64,000 bases of DNA from an uncultured Gemmatimonadales bacterium (GTDB lineage: Bacteria; Gemmatimonadota; Gemmatimonadetes; Longimicrobiales; Gaopeijiaceae). Numbering within the stretch: position 1 is the first letter of the stretch; each line of letters starts with the position of its first letter. The stretch lies in assembly GCA_963809895.1 (NCBI GenBank), contig CAWELD010000003.1, positions 3,584,001-3,648,000 of the forward strand, read 5' to 3'. Positions 55,892-64,000 of the stretch are shown here, in pieces. The notes under the pieces were generated by a model, which was not told where the DNA came from, searched no databases, and saw only the letters and a program-made list of their open reading frames with translations. Made by a program: the position numbers and the translations under genes.

Positions 55892-56956
55892 GTGAGCCGG
55901 TCCTTCGAGATCGGGGTCGTCGCCGGCGACGGCATCGGCCCCGAAGTCGTGGAGGCGGCCATCCCCCTCGTGGAGCGGGCCGCCGCTGCCGAGGGCGTGC
56001 GCCTGTCGTGGACCCGCTTTCCCTGGGGATGCGACTTCTACCGGGACACCGGCGCCATGATGCCCGCCGACGGCCTGGACCGCCTGGCCGACACCGACGC
56101 CATCTTCCTGGGCGCCGTGGGCCGCCCCGACGTGCCCGATCACGTGTCGGTCTGGGGACTCATCCTGCCCATCCGCCAGCGCTTCGAGCAGTACGTGAAC
56201 CTGAGGCCCATGCGGCTTCTGCCCGGGGTGGCGGGCCCCCTGGCCGGCCGCGCACCCGCCGACCTGGACATGGTGTGCGTACGCGAGAACAGCGAAGGCG
56301 AGTACTCCGGTGCCGGGGGCCGCTTCGATCAGGGGACTCCCGACGAGCGCGCCGAGCAGACCGGCGTCTTCACCCGCCGGGGCATCGAGCGCGTGGCCCG
56401 CTTCGCCTTCGAGCTGGCCAGCCGCCGCCCCCGCCGCCTCCTGGCCAGCGCCACCAAGTCCAACGCCTGGCAGCACGCCATGGTGCTCTGGGATCAGGTG
56501 GTGGCCGAGGTGGCCCGGGACTTCCCCCAGGTCACGTGGCGTCCCTATCACGTGGATGCGCTGGCCGCGCGCATGGTCACCAATCCCGCGAGCCTCGACG
56601 TCATCGTCGCCTCCAACCTCTTCGGCGACATCCTCACCGACCTGGGCGCGGCGCTCACCGGCTCCCTGGGATTGGCCCCCGGCGCGAACTTGAATCCCCC
56701 GGGCGAGCATCCCTCCATGTTCGAGCCCATCCACGGCTCCGCGCCCGACATCGCCGGCCAGGGCATCGCCAACCCCGTGGGCGCCATCTGGGCCGGCGCC
56801 CTCATGCTCCAGCACCTGGGCCTCGACGACGCCCACGACCGCCTGGTCGCCGCCATCGAGGACGTCTTGGCGGAAGGCGCCGTGAGGACGCCGGACCTGG
56901 GAGGGGTAGCGGGGACCGCGGAGATGGCGCAGGCGATCGGGGGGCGGCTGGGGTAG
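55892..56956 (+). CDS. Tartrate dehydrogenase / D-malate dehydrogenase (decarboxylating)
   Basis: GDGIGPEV, VPDHVSVWGLILPIRQRFEQYVNLRP, RENSEGEY, ATKSN, NLFGDILTD, FEPIHGSAPDI. Confidence 0.88.
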   Translation: MSRSFEIGVVAGDGIGPEVVEAAIPLVERAAAAEGVRLSWTRFPWGCDFYRDTGAMMPADGLDRLADTDAIFLGAVGRPDVPDHVSVWGLILPIRQRFEQYVNLRPMRLLPGVAGPLAGRAPADLDMVCVRENSEGEYSGAGGRFDQGTPDERAEQTGVFTRRGIERVARFAFELASRRPRRLLASATKSNAWQHAMVLWDQVVAEVARDFPQVTWRPYHVDALAARMVTNPASLDVIVASNLFGDILTDLGAALTGSLGLAPGANLNPPGEHPSMFEPIHGSAPDIAGQGIANPVGAIWAGALMLQHLGLDDAHDRLVAAIEDVLAEGAVRTPDLGGVAGTAEMAQAIGGRLG

Positions 56957-56979
56957 GTGGGGGCGTGCGGATGCCTCGG

Positions 56980-57156
56980 TGCCGCAAACCGAGCAAGCGC
57001 GGCCTCATTCCAGACGGATGCGGGATTCACGGCGATTATTCTGGTCGGTCGTGCGAGCGGTGGCTCACGCCCCGCGCGAATCAGGATTCGCGGCAATAGT
57101 TGTCGTCGATCGCGCAGGCATCGTCGTGGGACTGCCCGATTGTCGGGTTCACGGCA
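56980..57156. repeat. 177-bp IR-bounded dispersed element, copy B
   Basis: TGCCGCAAACCGAGCAA...TTGTCGGGTTCACGGCA; internal GGATTCRCGGCRAT at 57023 and 57084. Confidence 0.8.
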
Positions 57157-57356
57157 GCCGGTTCCGCGATCCTGTCTGCCCGACGCGCATCCATATCGCG
57201 CTCGCGTGCCGCGGTGACGTTGGAGGCGCCCGCAGCGCACTTTCGCGGACCGGTGCCACGGATCCCATGGGGATGGCGCGCGGTGATCATGTTTCCGGGA
57301 CGCACGACGCATGATCCAGCTTGCCGCGGACGTGGCGGTCCGGCCAACTTGGCGTC

Positions 57357-57548
57357 ATGAGCATCACGGATCTGGAAGTCGAGGCCCTTCGCAACATGTC
57401 TCCGGCGCAGAAGTTGGCCGTCATGCACGCGTTGATCCGACAGGCGTTCGAGCTCAAGGCCGCCGCGGTGCGAGCTCGCTGGCCCGACCTGTCGGAAGCC
57501 GAGGTCCGGGAACGCGCCTGGGCGATGGTGGCTGGTGACCAGCCCTGA
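57357..57548 (+). CDS. Small helical protein of a type I recall upstream of nucleotidyltransferases
   Basis: MSITDLEVEALRNMSPAQKL..RARWPDLSEAEVRER; overlaps a following GTG-started stub VTSPDLIGLF. Confidence 0.65.
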   Translation: MSITDLEVEALRNMSPAQKLAVMHALIRQAFELKAAAVRARWPDLSEAEVRERAWAMVAGDQP

Positions 57549-57567
57549 CCTCATCGGGCTCTTCGCG

Positions 57568-57771
57568 TGCCGGAAACGGCTGGCAAGCGCCGACCTTTCG
57601 CCAGGAGGGTCGCGGGGATCACGACGATTAGGTTAACGCGACATCGATCTGTCCTGGCAAGACGGCGCGGCGGCTCCTGAGCGAATCTGGGCTTCGCGGC
57701 GATAGTTGTCGTCCATCGCGCGGCCGCCGTCTCAGGAGCAGCGGACTGCTGGAATTGCCAGTAGGCGCGCA
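57568..57771. repeat. Degenerate copy C of the ~176-bp element
   Basis: TGCCGGAAACGGCTGGCAAGCGCCGACCTTT..; internal TTCGCGGCGATAGTTGTCGTCCATCGCGC; right end uncertain. Confidence 0.65.
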
Positions 57772-57874
57772 GCGATCTGGTGCTGGTGCGCGGGCCAGGG
57801 AGAGCTCTCGATTCCGGCGACGGTACCCTGCACGCGCTGACAGCGTCACGAGATGCACGGTATGCTGACAAAGC

Positions 57875-58131
57875 ATCGAACAGCGAGCTGAAGGTGGTGC
57901 TCGACGACGAGGAACTCGAGGAGATCCGGCGGATCTCCGCGCCGACGTGGCATCTCCGTCTCGGAGTGGATCCGTCGGTGTATCCGCACCCGACTCCGCC
58001 GGGAAACGTCGAGCGATGCTGCGCGGAAGCTTGCGGTGGTGCGTCATGCGTACCGGCAGTCGCAACCTACGGCGGCCATCGATGTCATGCTGCGGGAAAT
58101 CGCAGAGGGGCGCTCGCAAGTCGACGGTTGA
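57875..58131 (+). pseudogene. Frameshifted ribbon-helix-helix antitoxin-like gene, no toxin downstream
   Basis: LKVVLDDEELEEIRRI, then shifted frame RRGISVSEWIRR..AARKLAVVRHAYRQSQPTAAIDVMLREIAEG*; palindrome ATGCT-GACAA-AGCAT at the start. Confidence 0.6.
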
Positions 58132-58173
58132 TCGTTGCGGCGGTGGCGCACCGTCTTGGGGGCCAGCTGTTTC

Positions 58174-58836
58174 CTACTGCGTCGTCGTCACCTGTGTCGA
58201 CGTGACCAGATTGTCGACGATGAGCTTGAGGGTCACCGTCGTGCCTCGTAGGCCCGCGTTCAAGAAGGCCGTCGCGCCCGTGGGGGAGACGATCGGCGCT
58301 GGTGTGAACGGATCCACATCCACCTTCCACGAGACTCTGTGTCCCGTCGGCGACAGCTCCTCGCCATCCACATCGAAGAGCAGTGCGTGAATCTCGAGGC
58401 GTTCCTGCGGCCCCAGCACGATCGGCGACGGATCGATCTCGATACGCGCAACCCGCACAGGCGGCACGAAGACCTGCGCGCGGCCCTGACCGAACCCGAG
58501 CCGCATGTCGATGACGGCCTTCCCGGCCTGGAGCGTCGTGACGTGCAGCAGGGAGCCGTCCACCTCGGCGTCGACCACCTCGGGGTTCAGGTTCACGAGC
58601 TGCACCCGAGACACCCTGTCGGGCAGCGAGTCATCGCGCTGATCGAACACGGCGATCCGGAAGTCGAAGCTCTCGCCCACGGGCACGTGGGCCGAGTCGG
58701 GCAGCAGGCGGATGTCGTCCACGTAGCTGGGGGCGGTGCCGTCCTGGCAGGCGGTCAGCCAGGCGCCGGCCAGCACGCCTCCGCACACGAGAGCGACCCA
58801 CGCGCGCTCAATCCGCCGGTCCATGCGCCTCCGCAT
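58174..58836 (-). CDS. Hypothetical lipoprotein with Ig-like domains
   Basis: Lipobox LTAC; two beta-rich repeats (IRLLPDS.., IEIDPSP..); starts 1 nt after the receptor stop. Confidence 0.75.
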   Translation of the reverse strand: MRRRMDRRIERAWVALVCGGVLAGAWLTACQDGTAPSYVDDIRLLPDSAHVPVGESFDFRIAVFDQRDDSLPDRVSRVQLVNLNPEVVDAEVDGSLLHVTTLQAGKAVIDMRLGFGQGRAQVFVPPVRVARIEIDPSPIVLGPQERLEIHALLFDVDGEELSPTGHRVSWKVDVDPFTPAPIVSPTGATAFLNAGLRGTTVTLKLIVDNLVTSTQVTTTQ

Positions 58837-58837
58837 G

Positions 58838-61800
58838 TCAGCGCCTCCCGCGATCGAAGGTCACCCGGGCCCCGAGCTGGATCTGCCACTGGGAGTCGGG
58901 GGATACCGGCGCCCAAGCGGCCGACGGACGGACCTTCCCGTCGTCGTCGCGCTTCGGGAGGACGCCTCCTCCCCAACGGAGCAGCGTCGGTCTGGTGGGG
59001 GTCTGCGGTCCGCAGTTGCACAGCTCGTAGAGCGGCACCTGGGGGCGGACCTGCTGGATGGTGCCCCAGCTTCCGTTGAGCAGGTTGAGGACGTTGACCA
59101 GGTCGCCCTCGAATCGCACATCGGCCTGGCCCAGCCGGAGCGTCTGGGTGACGCGCAGGTCCAGCCGATTCTCCCAGGGCGCGCGGCAGGCGTTACGCCC
59201 CAGGATCCGGCCCCGGTTCTCTCGCAGGCAGGCATCGCTCTTCAGCGCGCCCGCCGTGAGGATCTGGGTGGCGATGGTGGCGGGGAGGTTGCCGGCGTCG
59301 ACGGGCACCCACACCGGGTCGTTGTAGCGGTCCAGGGCGCCTCCCAGACTCGGAAGGTGATCCCCGTTGAGGTCGAAGTCGTAGACGTAGGTGAACGGAA
59401 GGCCCGATTGCCCGGTGTACAGCAACGAGATCTGGGTGTCGGGGAGCCCGGCGAACGGCGCCCCGTAGATGCTCGCCACGATCTTGTGGGGCCGATCGAA
59501 GTTGGAGGTGGTGAGCGGCGGCTTGTTGAGGTTCTGGGAGATGGGGTTCAGACCGATGTTGGACAGCATGTCGGCGAAGACGAGGCTGGTCCGGTCCCAG
59601 GAGCGCGCCAGCGCATAGCCGAGTTGGAACTGGAGCCGCCGGGCCAGCGTGCCCCGGACTTCGGCGGTGATCGAGGCGCCCCAGTCCTCGCCCTCGTTGG
59701 TCACCAGGAGCATGTGATCGAAGGGCGCGCCCCGGGTCCCGTAGAAGCGCCGTTCACCGAGGAGTGTATAGCCCGGCGCCGGATTCCCGCCCTGCTCGTA
59801 GTTGAGCTCGTGGATGGCGACCTGGTTGAGCGCCTTGCTGAAGAGCGCGCCCAGCGAGCCGCTGATCCAGTCGGCGAACTCGTGATCCACCCCCACCGAG
59901 AACTTCAGGTCCTGCGGAAACCGGAAGCCGTCCTCGAAAACCACGACGTTGTTGAGCCGGCGGCATCCCTGGGGGGACGGCGGCGACGACTCGAAACCAG
60001 GTGCATCGTCCCCCACGCACACCTGGGTGTAGGAGCGCAGGCCGTCGTTGTGGAAGGCGTCGGCCACCCACACGTAGGGGATCTGCCCGGTGAACATGCC
60101 GCCACCGGCCCGGATCTGCGTGCGGTGCTCCCCGCTGCTCTGCCAGTTGATGCCCCACCGCGGCGAGATCATGAAGTTGCCGCTGGGCACGTCGGCGGTT
60201 GAATAGCCGAAGTAGTCCAGGACGTCCAGGTTCTCCGGGGGATTGGAGAGCAGGTAGGGCACGTCCACGCGGATCCCCAGGCGCAGGCTGAGCCCCTTGC
60301 CGGGCCGCATCTGATTCTGGGCGAAGAATCCCCACTCCGCGGCCTGGAGACTCACCTCCGGCGTCTCGCCCTCGGCCAGCACGGCGCGCTGGTACCGAGC
60401 CGGGGTGTCCTCTTCCAGCGCCTGCAGGCTCGGGAAGAAGTACTCGCCGCGGGCGCCGGGCAGGTAGGAGTGCTGGATGTCGATGTACGAGCCGGTCACG
60501 CCCACCGTGAGCACGCCGTCGTCGCCCCGGGGGATGTCCAACGAGTTGGTCAGCCGGTAGGCGGTCTGCGCGAGATGGTTCTCCTGGCCGAAGAAGTTGC
60601 CGCCCAGCCGTGTCGAGCGCTGATACGAGGAGCCGTCGATGCTGCTGATGAGCTCCACCTCCACCTGGGGCCAGTCGGACGCCGGGCGCGTCTCGTCGGT
60701 GCTCCGGGCCACGCTGAGCTCGAGCTCGTTGGAGCCCAGTCCCGCGAAGTCGCTGAAGAGCTGCACCGAGGTCGTGTTCGAGGTCGAGGTGCGGAACACG
60801 GCGTTGGACGACAGCTCGTAGGGATCGAAGCCGGTCCGGTTGGGCGTCTCGTCGTTCTCGGCCCGGGCGAACACGTTGCGGGCCGTGAGCCGGTGGCCGC
60901 GGGCGATGTTCCAATCCACGCGCGCGAACACGTTGGAGAGCCGCTGTCCCAGGGGATACGCCTCTGCCTTGCCGGTGGCCAGGCCGTAGGTGCTCTCGAA
61001 GTCGTCCTGCAGCTCGGTGATCTTGTCCGTGGAGATGCGGATCAGGCTACCGTCGTCCCGGAACAGGTTGTAGCCCACCGGCACGTGACTGCGGTCCTCG
61101 AACTCCCCCGCCACGAAGACGTGGGCCCGGTCCCGGACGATGGGCCCGCCCATCGACAGCGCGAGGAGCGAGCGGTGGACGCCCGACGCCTCCACGGGAC
61201 CGGTCACGAGTTGGAGGTCGCCCATGAGCGCTTCCGCGCGGTACACCGCCGAGGTGCGCACCCGCCAGTCGTTGGTCCCGGACCGGGTGACGGCGTTCAT
61301 GACCCCGCCGGTGAAGCCCGACAGGCGCACGTCGAAGGGCGCCACCAGCACCTCGTACTGGCTGATGGCGTCCAGCGGGATCAGCTTGGCGCCCGCCTGC
61401 CCGCCGGGCACGCCCCCGGAGGTGAGCCCGAACAGGTCCTTGTTCAGCACCCCGTCGATGAGGATGGCGTTGTAGCGGTCGTTCTGGCCGGCGATGGAGA
61501 ATCCCCCGCTCTCGGTGGGCTTCACCAGCGGCGATAGGAGCGAGAGCTGCATCACGTCGCGGGACATGAGCGGGGTGGACTCCACCGCGCGCTCGCTGAG
61601 CCGCGTCGTCGGACCCACCAGGTCCCGGTCGAATACCCGCGCCCGGCGCTCCACCTCGACATCCAATCCCTCCAGCTCCAGCGCCTCGGTGCGTAGCACC
61701 ACGTCCACGACCGTCGTCTCGCCCACCGGCAGCGTCAGGTCGTCACGCTGGAAGTCGGCGAAGCCCAGGTTCGAAACCGTAACCGTGTACGGCCCGCCGG

Positions 61801-62096
61801 GCTGGAGCAGCAGCACCAGGAAGGCGCCGTTGGCGTTGGTGAGCGTGGCTCGCTCGGCGCCGGTGGCCTGGTGCCGCACCACGACCTCGGCGCCCGACAC
61901 CGGCGTGCCGTCCTCCTGGACCACCGTGCCCCGGATGGCGGAGCTCGTGCGGGATTGAGCGGACAGCGGGGAGGGGTTGCGAGCGCGGTCAATGCAACTG
62001 TATCGCCAGCCCGCGACCGCGGGCGCGCCGGCTATGGAGCGGACGGCGCGTGCGAAGCGCGGCGGCACCGGGTGCGTGGCAGCGACGAGACGGCAT
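58838..62096 (-). CDS. Oar-like TonB-dependent receptor; 5' signal region apparently frameshifted
   Basis: IRGTVV..GAEV..TNANG..PGGPYTV N-domain; APFDVRLSGFTGGVMNAVTRSGTN plug; ISPRWG; signal peptide split over frames between ATG 62096 and SAQSRT. Confidence 0.88.
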
Positions 62097-62245
62097 GTTG
62101 AGGAGGGCCTCCGGCTCGGGTCGACGAACAGGCTGCGGCTCCCGACTATTTACGGGATACAGCTATCGTACGTGAGACCTTACACGCTACCCCCCCCCGA
62201 TTCTTCGCAAATCGGGATGTGAGCCCCGCGGACGGCGGGCGGCGC

Positions 62246-62421
62246 TGCCGACAACCCAGCAACCGCGACCTTTCTCCAGGCGGATGCAGGATCCGCGACG
62301 ATAATTCCGGTCGGCTCCGCAAGCGCCGGCCCGGGGCCCCAGCGACGCAGGATTCGCGGCAATAGTTGCCCTCAATCGCGCAGCCACCGCCTGAGGACCG
62401 CCCGATGCAGGGTTTCCGGCA
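62246..62421. repeat. 176-bp IR-bounded dispersed element, copy D
   Basis: TGCCGACAACCCAGCAA...ATGCAGGGTTTCCGGCA; internal motifs at 62289 and 62350. Confidence 0.85.
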
Positions 62422-62555
62422 GCCCGTCAGTGAGCCGAGCACCGTTCCAACCCCCCTCCCGCAGCCAGCATCCAACCAGAAAGACGCGCCCACGCATGCC
62501 ACCACCACCCGCGCCGCCCGTCTGACTCCGGTAACGGCCACCTCCCATCGGACCC

Positions 62556-64000
62556 ATGGCCGCCTTCCTCCAGGATGCCCGCTACGCGCTGAAGAAGCTC
62601 TTGGGCGAGCCCTCGTTCGTCGTGTTCGCCACGCTGATCCTGGGGCTCGGGGTGGGCGCCAACACGGCGGTGTTCAGTGTGATGAGCCCGCTCATGCTGC
62701 GTCCACTGCCCTTTCACGAGCCGGACCGCCTGGTGTGGGTGCCGCTGTCCCGGGCCGGGGGGATGTCGTCGATCACCTCGCGCACCTCGAACCTGCGCGA
62801 CTTCCGCCGACTCAACCGCTCCTTCGATGGGCTCACGGGCTACTTCGCGTTCTTCGAGTACGAGAGCTACAACCTGACAGGCGACGGTGACCCGGAGCGC
62901 CTGGTGGGCGTGGGCGTCGCCCGCGACTTCCTGGAGGTCCTGGGCGTGACGCCCCTCTCGGGCGCAACTTCGTCGAGGAGGAGGGCGTCTGGGACGGTCG
63001 TCCGGCGGTCGATCCTGACGCACGATTTCTGGACGCGGCGCTACGGGGCCGACCCCTCCATCGTCGGTCGTGCGATCACGCTCAACGACGTGGCGACCGA
63101 GGTGGTGGGCGTGCTGCCGGCATCCTTCGACTTCGCCTCGACCTTCGTGCCTGCCTCCCGGGTGGACTTCCTGCGCCCGTTCCCGATCAGCGACGAGACC
63201 GACCAATGGGGCAACACCATGGCCATGATCGGTCGTCTCCGGCCGGGGCGACGGTCGAGAGCGCGCAGGCCGACGTGGACCGTATGGTCGCGGAGCTGCA
63301 GCGGGCCGACCCGGACCGCTGGGGGCTCGGTGGGGTGGTGATGCCGCTGCGGGAGCACATCGCGGGGGGCTTCCGCAACGCATGCTGCTCCTCGCGGCCG
63401 CCGCTGGCGCGGTCATGCTGGTGGCGTGCCTGAACCTCTCCAACCTGCTGCTGGCGCGCGGGCGCACGCGAGGGCGGGAGATGGCGGTGCGCAGCGCGCT
63501 GGGAGCGGACCGGGGACGGCTGGTGCGGCAGCTCGTCCTCGAGAGCGTGATGCTCGCCCTCGCTGGTGGGGCGGTCGGTGCACTCCTGGCGTTCGGGGTC
63601 ACGCGCGCGGTGGCGGGTTCGAGGGCCGTGGAGATCCCCATGCTCAGCGCCGTGACGGTGGACCTTCGGGCGCTGGGGTTCACGTTTGCGGTGGCGCTGG
63701 TGGCGGGCCTGGTCATGGGCGTGGTTCCGGCGCTGCAGCTCGCGCGCACGGGCGAAGCGAGCACCCTCACCGATGCGAGCCGGGGCAGCAGCGAGGGCCG
63801 GCGGGGCACCGCGGCCCGTGAGACCCTGGTCGTGGCCGAAATGGCGCTCGCCCTGGTGCTCCTGGTCGGCGGCGGCCTCCTCTTGCGCAGCTTCGCCAAC
63901 GTCCTGGACGTGCAACTCGGTTTCCAGCCCGAGGGCGTCGTCACCTGGCGGGTGGACTCGACCCGGGAATTCGAGACCCGGACCGAGCGGGCCGCGTTCT
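62556..64000 (+). CDS. Orphan MacB-like ABC permease (ADOP-type) #4, partial, several frameshifts
   Basis: MAAFLQDARYALKKL..LGVGANTAVF; continues GATVESAQAD.., VACLNLSNLL..REMAVRSALGA across indels near 62957, 63010, 63247 and 63381; runs off the window end. Confidence 0.88.

Noticed and set aside
56980..57771. Integron attC cassette array
   Set aside because: The elements lack clean RYYYAAC/GTTRRRY ends, are longer than typical attC sites, also occur singly elsewhere, and no integrase is present.

Overview
High-GC bacterial chromosome segment. The gene content (PadR plus orphan MacB-like permeases, Oar-type and SusC/SusD TonB-dependent receptors, BNR/VPS10 and LVIVD proteins) suggests Gemmatimonadota or a similar lineage; this is inference. 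Core-like content includes a PAS hybrid histidine kinase, DUF1015, tRNA-Asn(GTT), a GbsR-TolC-MFP-AcrB efflux operon, a BlaI-BlaR1(M56)-serine hydrolase operon and four orphan ABC permeases, three of them with PadR regulators. Also present are an AbiEii-like nucleotidyltransferase module, an omega-amino-acid catabolic cluster (MmsA, class III aminotransferase, GntR, P1/S58 peptidase, SusC/SusD), PhoD, and an ALDH-SDR-tartrate dehydrogenase operon. The main things not explained by these genes are: (1) a dispersed ~176-bp non-coding element with 17-bp terminal inverted repeats and an internal motif repeated at exactly 61 bp, in four copies, two of which bracket toxin-antitoxin remnants; (2) a lower-GC island (47.2-51.8 kb) holding a tandemly duplicated S1-protease/lipoprotein cassette, each copy preceded by an IS110 fragment, the second copy lacking the protease and hit by an ISL3 with an 11-bp target duplication; (3) a ~365-bp tandem duplication with paired palindromes; (4) a match between permease N-terminal prefix domains and adjacent PadR genes that have their own operators. 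Several single-base frameshifts (about 9.1 kb, 57.9 kb and 62-63.4 kb) look like sequencing errors. All family assignments come from motif recognition by eye; no searches were run.
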